Assembly (NCBI RefSeq): GCF_006345805.1
Contig: NC_042999.1
Span: forward strand, 98,022,001 to 98,086,000
Source: Octopus sinensis
Lineage: Eukaryota
Direction of reading: 5' to 3'
DNA length: 64,000 bases
Part shown: in pieces, positions 40,620 to 53,805 of the stretch
How positions within the stretch are numbered: the first letter of the stretch is position 1
Layout of the letters: each line of letters opens with the position of its first letter
The notes under the pieces: model-generated
Told to the model about the DNA's origin: nothing
Databases searched by the model: none
Seen by the model: only the letters and a program-made list of their open reading frames with translations
Translations under genes and position numbers: made by a program

Positions 40620-41110
40620 CAAGGCCTACACCCCACTTAATCAGGAACAGCTAGCACTTCAATTGATGGTTCTCACTATTTCAGAAGATCTATCCTGTTG
40701 AAAGCACATCTTTAACGCAGTCGGGTACCGTCCCAACGACAGGCTCTTTCTTCAGGGACAGAATATATAAAAGACCGCAATAATTATTGATGCTCTATAA
40801 AGAGTCATCCGACTCATTTACATAATGTTAAAGACAAATTCAAGTCTCTCGCTCAGTGCTAAGCTTTCTCCTATCTTTTCTTTTTTACTAACAGGGCTGA
40901 TGCCGTCTCAACCTAGATACCTCCGACCCCCTCGACACTCCTCCTCCCGCTATCATTATTGTGTGCAGCTTCCCTCAGTGCCTCACTAATTATATCCTGT
41001 TCTTTCTCCCTAGAATGTCGACCCTCTGGTATTCCCTCCCTTCTTGTACCTTTCCTACAAGCGTTGAGATACAAAGATTCAGCAGAAATTTTTTTTTAAA
41101 ATTAATGGCA
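40620..41110 (+). mobile_element. CR1/Jockey-group LINE 3' remnant
   Basis: FFLPRMSTLWYSLPSCTFP resembles the conserved SFFPR...WNSLP ORF2 terminus. Confidence 0.55.
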
Positions 41111-41160
41111 TTAACCTCATTGATACAAGACGATCTGCAAAAGCCATGAGCAAGTAAAAA

Positions 41161-41564
41161 ATGTATATGAAGTTACCTAGTTCGATATCTTGAAACAACG
41201 TACTTGGGAAGTTCGACATACAACTATTTGCAATGCATTAGAAATGTTAGTTTATAGCATTATCGAAATTTTACGGTATCTTATAGACATTGACATAATT
41301 TCAAAATATGGTGCAGGCTGTAGTTTATGCCAATCTTTACAACATATATTATGCAACAAATATCTCCCCGTCATCCTCTATATATGTATGTGTTGCAGGA
41401 TGTAGCGAATCAATATCATTCTACATCTCTAGACATCTATTTACTAGAAAGAAAATCTTAAGAACAGCATTTATATATATATATCTTAGGATACTTTCTG
41501 TATTATAAACTCATAACTTTAATTTTCTACTATTCTTAGGTCTATTCAAAGTCACATACAGTTG
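41161..41564 (-). repeat. ~400-bp unclassified repeat, inverted copy of 30757-31160
   Basis: Colinear reverse-complement similarity. Confidence 0.85.
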
Positions 41565-41589
41565 ATCGTGGCAAACATAATCCTACTGT

Positions 41590-44500
41590 ATCAAATGACT
41601 AGTCTTGAGAATTTTTAATAGTCAAAACAAATTAGGGGATAATGGGGAACTCTTCATTTTCAAAATAAAGCTTATTGTTTTTATCACTTGAGTCTAAATC
41701 TACTCTTGGGTTTTACAATATTTCCTTTTCTGCAGTTAGTGATAATATCTGTAGTAATACAGTGGACTTCTAAAGATTTGATGATAAGTCTAATGCCACT
41801 TTGTAGTTTTTTTAATGGGTTTGAGGTTATTCAAGAGTATTATAATTAAGCTAACGTTTTGCTTTAGTTTGTCAGAAAGTAATCCCCAAGGAGCCCAAAA
41901 ATTCTGTATGATAATTTACTGCTTTCCTATTATCCCCAGTTGTGATGGTGTCTATGATTTCAACTAGGATGAGAGTCAGAATCGTTATTTAGATGCATAG
42001 CATATTTGTTTTTGGAACAGTCCTGCCATCGTTTAGCAAGTCAGCAGCAAAGCTGATTAGTGTATGAAACAGCATATTCTTGTCATGTTCGTTGAAATAT
42101 CTTCTAAGTGTATTGTACAGATATATTTTCCTTAATCTCAAAGATTATGAAAGGAAGTAGTGCCTATATTATACATCATCGTCATCTAATTTTGAAATAA
42201 CACTGCCAAATGCATCATGTTGCATCTCCTTCAAACTCTGTTTTTTAACATCAAAATCAATAACAATCTCCTCATGAATGTCCTTAATGTTATTAAAACT
42301 AGCGAACATGCAGTTATTTCTAAATTGTAGTTGCGTAGACAGGATGATGAACATTTGCGATTAAAGTGTTGTCGATCTTTCAGTATTAGCGATTGATCAC
42401 TCGGTCTATTTAGGGTAGAGGAAAATAGGAAATTATTCTCCCAATTGGGGCCCCAGTTTGACGTCTACTTCTGATATGCATTGCAGCCATTCCCGTCATA
42501 ATTTTGCAAATTTCTGCTTTTAGCTTCTGATTTGTAAGATTTTGAGTGTGAATCTTCACACATCGTGGCCCATGTTACAGCTCCGGTAATAATTGGAAGT
42601 AAAACTTTAGTTTCTGTAGATGTGTAACATACATTCTAGAGTTCAATTTATTTTTCCCATGTTTCCTCTGTTTCCATGTTCTTCTATTTTCAATTATATA
42701 GATGCCAGAAATTTCAGAGAAAAATACCGTTTTGTAGCTCCAGCAGTTTCAGAAACATACATTGAGGCGAATGTTTCTGTTTTGGGTATTTTGAAATACC
42801 AGTCTAGCATCTTGAAAGTACACTATAAATGTTTAAGCGGTTGTAAATGTTCAAGATGAAAGATGGCTCACAGCATGTTATATAACATGCATTTTACATT
42901 CTAGTAACCCCTTATTGTTTCTGGAGAAATAACTAATCAACCATGTATATACGGCAAAATTTCATCATAAACAAAATAAATTGCGTTTTTGCATTTGCTT
43001 CAGCACATGGTCATATCTTTTATATATGTATTCGGAGATATGTTTACAGAATTTATGGAAGAGTGAATTTAAGTATTAATGCCATAATTGTATTTGTATG
43101 TGAACTACTTGATGTATGGTATATTTCGGTTGTGAGCATAATTACAAGCTTGAAATACTTGGTCATAGTGCCTTTAGTGAGTGTAACCCTCGACACTAGC
43201 CGTTGTGTTATCTCTGAAATCCTTAGTAACCCTTTGGAGTAATTATTATTCTCTACGCAAGTAGTATTGAGATTTGCATGACCATAGAATCCATGAATCT
43301 GACAGTTTTTACAAAGTATTAGTGGATAAGCTCTGCACTGGGTTTGGAAGCTCTACACACATAAAGTAATAAATTATAGTGAAATCAGTACTTGTTTTGA
43401 AATTTAATGGAATAACCCAATGCTTGGACTGTTCCAACAGCAGAAACTTGTAACTATGTCGTCGGATAGTTCAAGTTTGAGTACTCGAGCAATCAAATTA
43501 AGACGACTATTTATTTATTTATTTATTTTGATGACCACGATAAATTGCAAGTAACTGTAATAAAAATATTAAGCTTCTTTATAGGGACACTGTTGCCATT
43601 GCATCGCAGTAACGCTCTTTCATGTTGTTAAATGACCCCTGAAAGGATGATAGCGATATCACCAGACACCCAACCTGTACTTCTTTATTAACAGCAGTTG
43701 CAAAGTGATCGAGAAGTTTTAGCATCTTAATCATGCTTGATGACATCTGGCATAGATTCTTCCTGCACATAGTCGTCCACTATTCACTGTGGAAATAATT
43801 TGTAGCTACAGGTTAGGTTAAATTCGTTTTTTAGTGTAGTTTGCAATATTGTGTTGCAGCGTTCTTTCAGTAAGTGGCAAATAAAGCTGCCGACTTAGTT
43901 TATCATACGGATAAAATAAGTATATCATATATATTAATGTAATATTTATAATATTACATTAATAAATTGTCCATCTATCTGCATTCCTGAAAACCTTTGC
44001 CACCTCGCCCACTGCTGACTAATAATAGTGCCAAAACAGAAGAATCTCTGAGACTGGTCTGTTTTCTGCTCGTTGTGCTCGCTCCATTTCTTCCACTCCT
44101 CATATAATTTTGTATACCTTTGCACAAAAATTATTTCCACTAATAATTCTATGTCGAGTGACCATTATTTCTGAGATAGCTTGCTGACTAAATCTAGCAT
44201 TATTCGTTATTGTTAAATCAGTAATATACAGTTAAGTAAATTATCTTTCATCTCCTTCTAGAGAGTACATATTAGAAGTGCGATGAGAAATTTGCCCATG
44301 CACTCTGTTTTAGCTATTTGCACACTCACCCATTGAAGCAAAGGAAAGGGCGGTGTTGCATGTTCTAATATTGTTTTTAAAACTGGAATAATGAGGATGA
44401 CCTAACTGACTCATAATATGTTTCTGTTATTCCGAGAAAATGTTGCTCTTGCGGAATGTGAACTTTACCTTTATGGCAGCAATTATGAAGTAAAACTTCG

Positions 44501-45235
44501 TCATTAAACTGATATATTACGCTAAATTCACTACGAGAATGCTGCTTAGTATTTTTTCAAAAAATGTTGAATAATTTATGTATTGCCTTATGTCATGTTA
44601 ATGCTTGCCTCATGTCATTATTACCATATCTCCTAATATTTCTATTACCCTTTGTTTCATTTTGTATGTACTCAGTGTCTCTCAATCTTTATTTTCTAGC
44701 AGTTTAATCTTCAAATCTTACTACAGCTCTTTGTATTAAGTAACCTATTCTTATTTCTCTTTGTTCTTCAGTTTCATTTTATAATCAAATAACAGCTCTT
44801 TGTCTTAGATCTTCTCTAATTTGATTTCTTTGATCTTCACTTAATTATCTTCATTATTATTTTACTTTTCTCTTTCACTTTCATTTTGCAGTCCATCTGC
44901 TGCTTTGTATTTTGCTTGTGCTCTAATCTTTCTCACTTCACCAATCTTCTCGCGACTCTCTCTATCTTGCAATATTCTCATCCGAGTTTCTTCATATATT
45001 TTTCGGATTCTCTGAGACGTTGAGCGTCAGGAGCTCGTCTTGTTGCTATTACACCAGCAATCTTATCTGACTTACATTGTGGTGCTTCATATACTCCACT
45101 CTGGATGTACGTCAGCTATTCTCTTTTCTAGGATTGCCGCTTCTAATATTCCTTTTTATTATAATACATGTGATATTATGCCTTTATTTACCCAACGACT
45201 TCCTGTTAATTTTCAGACACATATTTTTAAGTAGA
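41590..45235 (-). mobile_element. Decayed autonomous Helitron (Rep/HUH + start of PIF1-like helicase)
   Basis: Minus-strand fragments in canonical order: CCHKGKVHIP, SMG, VHGQISHR, LSSFQGSFNNMKERYCDAMATV, HGFYGHANLNTTC, EYIYKRYDH, AADLLNDGRT; candidate A|TCTACT 5' end at 45235. Confidence 0.8.
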
Positions 45236-45271
<36 letters not shown>

Positions 45272-45713
45272 TATAGATACCTCTGTGAATGTCCATACAT
45301 ATCTACATGAACATATCCATAGTTAGACACGCACACACACACACACACACACACTTACATACATGCAGGGATAAAAACTTACATTAATATGTGCATGCGT
45401 GCAACACACAAGATCTTAAACTTTTATTTCAAATGTCTGGATAAAACGAAACTGTTATTATAATTATATTTGTGTAGCGAACTAATTCTTTGGATACAAA
45501 AACGAACAGATTTCATTTAATCTTGCTATTATATTACTTATGATTATACAAAGCTGAGAATGACAGAATAACTCAAGATGCAGTGATATCACAAATTTTT
45601 CTACGCATTCCTGCTTTTTCTTCTTCACCCCTGCCTGCATATATCTAGTTCTCACTCTTACTCTTCCAATTATCTACTCTCTCTCTATCGCTCTCGATTT
45701 CCCTCTTCCCCCA

Positions 45714-45744
<31 letters not shown>

Positions 45745-45790
45745 TATTATATAACTTACCACACATATATGTGTGGTAAGTTATATAATA
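45745..45790. repeat. Perfect 46-bp palindrome
   Basis: TATTATATAACTTACCACACATA|TATGTGTGGTAAGTTATATAATA. Confidence 0.95.
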
Positions 45791-46399
45791 CTTATAATTG
45801 AGAGGACCCGATTCAGAAGCAAGCGCTACATGCTATTGTAGAAAAATTATATATTCATGAGGTGTAATTAAATAACAAATTAATTATTCAAGATGGTCAC
45901 TCTGTGAAGTCTTCTGTGAGATGAGAAAGTATGAGAAAATAGACTAGTCTCGTTTCATTCTAAGGAAGAGATATATAGTATAGCGACCATAATACTATGA
46001 ATTACTTGGCTACATTCACCTTCATTCCACTGTGTATGATTGTGTCAATATATGAAGAAGCAAAATGTTCAAAATTGATTTTAAAATATTGATCTATAAA
46101 ATTATGTAAAATTGGATAATAATAATCAGATGAGCATAACATATAGAGTGTGCACTTGAGCTCATAACTGGCGTGCATGTGATGTTAGTGTTCGAGCGAA
46201 TGAAAGTATTTCAGTTCACAACCATGTTAGGATTCATAGAAAGTTGAAGTTGTTAAAGAGTAATATGAAGAGACAGAAGAAAGAAAGGGGAAAATAAAAA
46301 AGAGAAAGAAAAAAGAAAAAGAAGAAAACTAGAAAGTGATGTTTAGAAGAAAATGAGAGAAAAGAAGGAGAGAAGAAGTGGGGTAAAGTTATTCTCGAA

Positions 46400-46900
46400 G
46401 GTAGTTTGCGGGCCGGAGTCCGGACTTTCCAGTGAGTTAGTATGTTCTCGTGAGTATATATTGTAAAGATTTCATTTCTGGAAGTGAGACAGGTATCAAT
46501 TGAGGCGTTTTTATTTCTTAGAATTGTGCCTTCTCCGTTGCATATTCTGCATTTCTTGCCCAATTTATATATGTCTAGTCTTTCGACTATTTTCCATTTC
46601 ATTATATATGTAATCGTTATGTCGTAGTTCTTCTCTTTTTCGAGTGATAGAAAGATAGATAGAAAGATTACAACTGGCTATAAACATTATATTGGAATTA
46701 CCACCACGTCATTCATGATTCAGAGCGTTTAGGTGAACAACTGACAAGATATAGTATACATGATTTAAAGAACATTTATCTCTTTTTATACATGAAGATT
46801 TGGGCCATCAAATTGTTTGGGTTTCTTTTTATATGTTTTTTGTGATTTCATGTTTGGAAATTATTTTAACTGTATTGTACAAGGAAATACCCGTTTAGAA
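46400..46900 (-). pseudogene. Penelope-like GIY-YIG endonuclease C-terminal remnant
   Basis: MKWKIVER..Y..GKKCRICNGE...LTSRNEI resembles the PLE C-terminal W..CxxC..LNxRxE pattern. Confidence 0.6.
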
Positions 46901-47014
46901 TGGCCCAGAGATAGCTTACCTTAATTTTAGCGTTTAAAGTGTAAAGAAGTGAGAATAAAGTAATTTTCTTGTGTCTATATTTAACTCAATGAATGTATCT
47001 ATCAATCAATAAAT

Positions 47015-47065
<51 letters not shown>

Positions 47066-47291
47066 CCTATCTATCTGTCTGTCTGTCTGCCTGTCTGTCT
47101 GTCTATCTGTCTGTCTGTCTGCCTGTCTGTCTGTCTATCTGTTTGTCTGTGTGTCAGTCTGTCTGTCTGCCTGTCCGTCCATCTGTTCGTCTGTCTGTTT
47201 ATATAAACATATAAACATATAACCATACACACACGCACACCCATACACATACATATACATATATGTACATATATATATATGTATATATATG

Positions 47292-47338
<47 letters not shown>

Positions 47339-47518
47339 CATACATACATACATACATACATACATGCATACATACATACATATATATATATATAAGCAAG
47401 AATGCCAGCTGTGCATCGTTAACCACCTAGAAGAGATGTTCTCTTGGGCTTAAAAAATCGCAGTAAAGTCCGTTCGAACGGAACAGCCATATTGAAGTAC
47501 CTACGAACATTACTATAT

Positions 47519-47571
<53 letters not shown>

Positions 47572-48093
47572 GAGAGAGAGAGAGAATAAATACACATACA
47601 TAAACTAGACACTTATAATATTAATTATCTTGGTTACATACTTATTGCGAGTGTACAATATATATATACGATCTGAAGCGATGCAACATTCCCTTTTCTT
47701 CCTGGGAAAACAAAGCATTAGAACGCAGGACCAGGCGCCAATCCTGCTTCTCCTTAGTTCAAAGATTTGAGCAAAGTCGAGTACAACATCAGGACAAGAA
47801 TCATGCAAGCATGAAGATACGCTGACAAAACGCTGCTCCTCCAAATGGAAACCTTACCTGATATTGTGGTCTTGTAGCATGAAGCTAAGCAGGCCTTGCC
47901 GTCCTCTCAAGAAAACACATAGGAAAGGATTCAGAAGTACTCAAACAAAGTGAGTCCTCAACTTGTTCCATTAACCAGAAGATTTGCAAGGCACCAGCAG
48001 GAGTTAAGAGGCATATCCGTGTCCATAGAACATGATTAATGTTTTATTTTACTGAGCCCTCATCTGTCGTGAACGACAAGATAGTCCATCCAT

Positions 48094-48150
<57 letters not shown>

Positions 48151-48157
48151 TATAAAA

Positions 48158-48400
48158 ACCACCAGTGGTGTCCCTCAGGGGACTGTCTTGGGCCCGTTTC
48201 TGTTTACAGTCTATATAAACGACATTTCAAGCGTAATAAAACACAGCAGAATGAAAATATTTGCCGATGACTCCAACCTCCGGAAAATGATCAACGGAAA
48301 AGAACTGTCTGATCTACATGCTGTAAGTCAATGGGCAGATAAAAACAAAATGCAACCGAACGAGGGAAAACTTGAACTGATAAATTTGAGAGTTTATGAA
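48158..48400 (+). pseudogene. CR1-group RT fragment
   Basis: SGVPQGTVLGPFLFTVYINDI...IFADD...WADKNKMQPN. Confidence 0.85.
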
Positions 48401-48580
48401 AATTACTTAACACAGTTTTTGAAGTGTACAGGTGATTAAAAATATTATTTAAAAAAAATGATATGAAATCTATTATGTGGATATTACTAACCGTTTTGGG
48501 GGAGACTTTTTTTCTCGCGTGTGAGCGCTTTCGTTTAACCTTTTCAAACACATGTGCTCTTATATATATATATATATATA

Positions 48581-49125
48581 TCTTATTATAAAAGGCAGAT
48601 TTTATCTGCCTCCCTTTGTAACTTATAGAAATCTACAATATAGGATTTCTTCAATTACAATTTACCTAGCATTTTTAAGAGTAGAATGCATCGGGTCATG
48701 CCAGGTCCAGTTTTTAAAATTTAAACTCCAATTAAGCAAAATTTACAGAAAACTCACATTCTGGTGTGTATGTCAAATGCTTTTCTTAATGTGGTTTACA
48801 CCACACGCACACGCACACACACAGTGTGCAACGAATAAAATGAAAGTAAATAGCGACAGAGTGATTTGAGGAAGACTAAACTGAAAGTATTTAAACCACT
48901 ACTCAAAAAATAAAAAAACACAGCAAACAGAAACAAATAAATACATAACGATTTACTCCTCACACAATTTCTTCAATTAGAGTTTACCTAAGATTTTTCA
49001 AAGTACTCCATTAGGTCATGCCATAATATATTTCTTTCAATTTCACCCCCAATTAAGACAAAATTCGAGAAAACTCAATATTTTAACATTTCACTCCGAA
49101 AGCATTGATGTACATGTGTGCGTGC

Positions 49126-49166
<41 letters not shown>

Positions 49167-50240
49167 ATGGGTTGTGCGACACAGAAAGTGTGGTGTGTAA
49201 GTGAAGTGCTTTTGTTAGTGTGTGTAAAGAGACAGACAGAGTGAAAGACAGAAATAACTGAACTTTTTTTATTCACTTTTTGTAGTGAGTGATTGAGAGA
49301 GAAAAGAGAGAGAGAGGTTATGTATGTATGGCTTCAGTGACACACACACACAAAAACACATACCTACGTACACCTAAAGCACGCACACACACACACACAA
49401 GCGGAGCGCGAACTTCAAAATTTTGGTAGTATTAATTTGCGAGCGTACTTCTAAGCGCGCGTAATTGAAAGTTTTCACTATGATATCATCACGTGCGAAA
49501 AAATTCGAAGGGTTTTGAACAATTGAGATACAAATGTCACACCTGTATTGAAACCATTGCTAAGCTGCCGTAATTGCTTAATTAAGACTTTGTTTAAATT
49601 GAAAGGGGCAAATATGTGACGAGGTTGAAAAAAAATACCCCAGAAAAAAAAATGTACTGCTGGTATTTATATAATTCACTACTATTTTGCTACAATGTCA
49701 TGAAAAAGAAAAAATTTAGGTATGTAAATCGAATTCGCCACCCCCTTTTCCCCGTTCGCGTTTGTGTAAAAAAAATTATTATTTAAGTTTTAAAAATTAT
49801 TTACTTTGTTCAAAAAGTATTAATATTAATTAATTTTCAAGAATTATTTAATTTTATTCTGTAAAATAGTAATTAATTCATTTATCTGTAAATCCGCGAG
49901 GTTGTTACTCAGGCACCTAGAATGGTCACCTTCAACTAACACTATCTCCTCCGAGACCCTGCGGCGCAAGTTGACCAAAATTGAGAGTATGGTAGAAGAA
50001 GGGTTGCTCTTCCTTCCGTAGAACATAAAATTCAAATCGGACCATGTTAACACCAAAAATTATTTACATCAAAAAGATGCTTTTTTCTATGAAAATCCCT
50101 ATTTTTTACGATTTTTTCACTGCTGTGTCGCCACTTTTCGGTGTATTTCGACCAGAAAAATGTTCACAAAATTTTACTTTTCAAAATTACAATTCCAGCG
50201 GGTCGAAACAAACCCGAGCAACGCCGGGCGATACTGCTAG
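48581..50240 (+). mobile_element. Non-autonomous Helitron (1.66 kb) inserted in (TA)n
   Basis: A|TC start, hairpin CCCGAGCAACGCCGGG, CTAG|T end; 3' terminus nearly identical to that of 29506-29889. Confidence 0.85.
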
Positions 50241-50260
50241 TATATATATATATATATATA

Positions 50261-50460
50261 ATCCAAACAAGAAAGCACAAAAAAACACAACAACGCGAGA
50301 ACGTGGAACATATATAGTATTATTGGACGCTCAGGAAAGAAGGAAAGAAGAAGGGTTTAACGTTTCGAGCGGAGCTCTTCGTCGGAAACATAGGGGAAGA
50401 AAAGATCCAGAGAAAGGAAGACAGAGGAAAAAAAAATCGCCAACGGTACACACGAGGTCG
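50261..50460 (-). mobile_element. Penelope-like terminal repeat fragment with minimal HHR
   Basis: HHR at 50355-50389 followed on the minus strand by a pyrimidine-rich tail ending in (TA)n. Confidence 0.6.
50355..50389 (-). ncRNA. Minimal type I hammerhead ribozyme variant (core CCGACGA)
   Basis: GUUU-CCGACGA-A-GAGC-UCC-GCUC-GAAA-CG-UU-AAAC: stem I GUUU/AAAC, stem II GAGC/GCUC, palindromic AACGUU in place of stem III. Confidence 0.7.
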
Positions 50461-51960
50461 TCGGCTCCAGCTCGTATCCGAGCAGTGGGTTTTAATCCAA
50501 TCTCCTCGGCTGATGTTTGTGCCGAAAGTGACTTTGGAGTCCAAGTCGATGGTGAAAGAGTCGTGGGAAGAAATCGCACGGGATGGTCTGTGCAGGGCGA
50601 GGATGTTGAAGACGCTCCTTTCTTCTGCATTTTGCTTCCTAATTCTGTTGCAGATAGCAGTCCTCCAGGCTGTCCCAGCCGTGGCAATCTGTTCCCATGA
50701 GGATAACTCGATTTTAGCTTGAACCAAAGTTCGTCTGAGCTGGTCTTTAAAACGAAATTTCGGACATCCTCTGAGTCTTGTTTCAATTGCAAGTTCTCCG
50801 TAGAGAATGATCCTTGGGAGACGAGAGGGCTCCATATGCTGGATGTAACCTACTAGCGGAGACGATGGCTTCGACACTTGGAAGTAAGGCGCAGCGAAGA
50901 ACCTCGTTGTTGGTAAAGTGATCTTTCCTTTGTGTGTTGAGGATCTGTCGTAGCTTCGATTGCTGGAAAAATTCAAGGCGCTTGAAGTCACGGCTGTACA
51001 ACGTCCAAGTCTCACAAGCGTAGAGATGGTAGGACAATGGCACAGAAGACCATGATCTTTGTCCGGATGGTCAGCGCGTGATTGAAGAATACACATCGGC
51101 TGAGTCTGCCGAAGGCGGAGTGGGCCGCCCCAATCCGGTTCTCCACGTCCTTTTCACACGTGGAGGTCTTCGAAAGGATACTTCCAAGGTACGTGAAGTG
51201 TTCAACTTCTTCTAGAGGTTGGCCGTTGATGCTAATGTTTGTGGGGGGACTGTTCTGGCCTGGTACAGGTTGGGTCAGTGTCTTGATCTTCAATATGTTT
51301 ACCGGCATCCCGAAGCGTTCGTAAACCGCATTGTAAAGATCGGCCGTCCTTTGTAGGCCATCTGCGGTCCGGCTCGGTGTGGTATTGACGTCGGCATACT
51401 GCATATCACAGACTGAAATGGCGGAGGTCCTCGTCTTTGCACGGAGATGTGCGAGATTGAAGAGTCCGCCATCCAAGCGATAGTGCATGTTGATGGAAGA
51501 TGAGTTTAGTGGGATTTCGTTGAACATGGTGGTCATGTACAAAGAGAAACAGTTTGGTGACAGGACGCATCCTTGCTTAAGATCCCAGTGATGGGACGTG
51601 TCTTTGTTGGTCCACGAGTTGCGTTTTGATGGCAAGGCTAAGTCAATGGATGCGTGGTTCAATAGGATTCTTCTCCTTCCAAAACATGGGGTATTTGGAA
51701 CCAGCTTCTCTGATGCTGCCTACTCCGGGAAGCCTAGCCTCGCTCAAGGGTGCCACGTCGATGTTGAAGCAGGCAAGTTCCTTCCAGACGAGGGCTGTAC
51801 GTCGCTCTGGTCGATTTATGTCTTTCTTGTCCTGGAGAGTGCGAATGTTCCAAGTCCCGAATGTGAGAGGTTGTGGAACAGAATCATTGGAACACACAGG
51901 TTCTTCCACCACGAGAAGGGACAATCAGATAAAGTAGATATGTTTCGACCAGTGATTGGT
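50461..51960 (-). mobile_element. RTE/BovB-like LINE with large internal deletion
   Basis: EN start GTWNIRTL..RPERRTAL..LSEARL joined directly to RT end KQGCVLSP, QYADV, FTYLGS, YACETW, RLPRIILYGEL. Confidence 0.9.
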
Positions 51961-52399
51961 CCAGGCCATGTCTAACTTAATTTAATAGCACCACCTGATA
52001 GGATTTACTAAATCCTTTTTAAGTCAAGTTTTGTGGTATCATGGTTCATTCGAGTTGTGAGTTCTTGTTGAGTGAGTTGTATCCAAGTATAGGTGGCTTA
52101 TCTGGTATTCCTGATGAAATTTGTCCAGATTCCGTTTAAAGGAACCCTTCTCTCTTTGATCTGTTACGGTACAATGTTAAGGAGGGCAGGGCCTGTTGAA
52201 GAAAAAAAATGTGTTGCAGTGTATTTATGTGTTGTGATCCACGTATGGCTCGCGGTCCTAGCCTTGGATGAATTTTGAAACTAATGTTGAGGTCGTTTTG
52301 GCAATCCTGGTGGCATATTCTCCACATCGTGCAAATGCTGCACGGCGGCGCAGGAGAGAATAGAATTTCAATGCTTTAAGGCAGTCCCAATGCTTTAAA

Positions 52400-53185
52400 G
52401 TGGTCCCGTTGAGTTTCATGATAAGTTCCTTGAGACATTACTTGAAGAAAATCCTGCATTATCAGTTGAAGAATTAGTAACAAAGCTTGGTTCAAACCAT
52501 ACAACTGTTCACCGTCATCTTCAACAACTCGGAAAGGTTCCTAAACGAGGAAAATGGGTGCCTAATGAATTGTCCGAAAGCAGCCACAAATCCCGAGTTG
52601 GCATCTGCTCTTTTCTCCATTCTCGCGAACACATTTCACCCTTTTAGATAGATTTGTGACTGGTGACGAAAAATGGATCTTCTATCGAAATGTTAAACGT
52701 CGTAAACAGTGGCTTGGTAAAAGGGATAAAGCTCAACCACAACCGAGAAGGGAACTTCGTGGAAAATAGGTTCTTCTCTCTATCTAGTGGGATTGCAAAG
52801 GAGTAATTCACTTTGAATTGTTACCACTTAATGCAACAATCAATGCTCAAGTCTACTGAGCTATTAGAGCGTTTGAACCACGCTTCGAAGAAAAGAAGAC
52901 CCGCTTTAGTGAATCGAAAAGAAGTGATGTTTCATCAGGAATAATGCGCGACCCCAGACTGCAAATATCACATCATAGATGATCGAAGAGCTTGGTTGGT
53001 AAAAATTCCTCATCCACCTTATTCTCCCGACCTTGCTCCTTCAGACTACTATTTTTTTCGTAGGTTACAGAATAATTTGGGGGACATAACTTTCGCAAGC
53101 CAGGAGGAGGTAGAAACTGACATTTCAGAGTTCTTCGCTTTGAAACCAAAAGAGTTTTACATTGATGGGATCAAAAAGCTTGTAA
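52400..53185 (+). pseudogene. mariner (DD34D) transposase remnant
   Basis: WVPNEL, VTGDEKW, NARP, HPPYSPDLAPSDY with stops and frameshifts. Confidence 0.9.
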
Positions 53186-53368
53186 ATATAACATTTGATC
53201 ACTTGTTTTCAAAAATTTGGACAGAACTTATGATATATATATATATATACATATATATATTTTACAAATGAGGGTGAAAAATTTGATATTAATTTAATAA
53301 TAGCATCAATTTAACATCAATATATATATATGTATATATATATGAATATATATATGTATATATATATG

Positions 53369-53400
<32 letters not shown>

Positions 53401-53527
53401 TTGTATAGAGGGCATTATTACACATAAATTCCTCACACTAGGAGGGACAAAGTCATTACTACCAAAATTATACTAATCATACCCAAATGCAGTTTTTCAA
53501 AGCAAGACATTTAAAAAAAATGAATTT

Positions 53528-53585
53528 AGTTCTGTATCACCGTGATTTCACATTCAACTTACGTCTAATGATCATCAGCAGAACT
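53528..53585 (-). ncRNA. Type I hammerhead ribozyme (left arm)
   Basis: Exact reverse complement of 53748-53805. Confidence 0.8.
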
Positions 53586-53747
53586 GATTCTGAACACATC
53601 ATAAATAAACTACCAACCTTACGTAGCGAAGACGAACAGACAACTGCTCACTCCTGCCAAGCACATGGAATGTTTATAAATCATATATCCGGTAAATGGC
53701 GGGCTTTTTACGAAGGTTGGTAGTTTATTTATGATGTGTTCAGAATC

Positions 53748-53805
53748 AGTTCTGCTGATGATCATTAGACGTAAGTTGAATGTGAAATCACGGTGATACA
53801 GAACT
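53748..53805 (+). ncRNA. Type I hammerhead ribozyme (right arm)
   Basis: AGUUCUG-CUGAUGA-U-CAUUAGAC-GUAA-GUUGAAUG-U-GAAA-UCACGGUGA-UA-CAGAACU: 7-bp stem I, GNRA-capped stem II, AUCA/UGAU stem III, AUA triplet (cut after 53798). Confidence 0.8.

Noticed and set aside
47650-48060. Complex sequence that might be a LINE endonuclease remnant or host exon
   Set aside because: No convincing motif or splice-bounded ORF.
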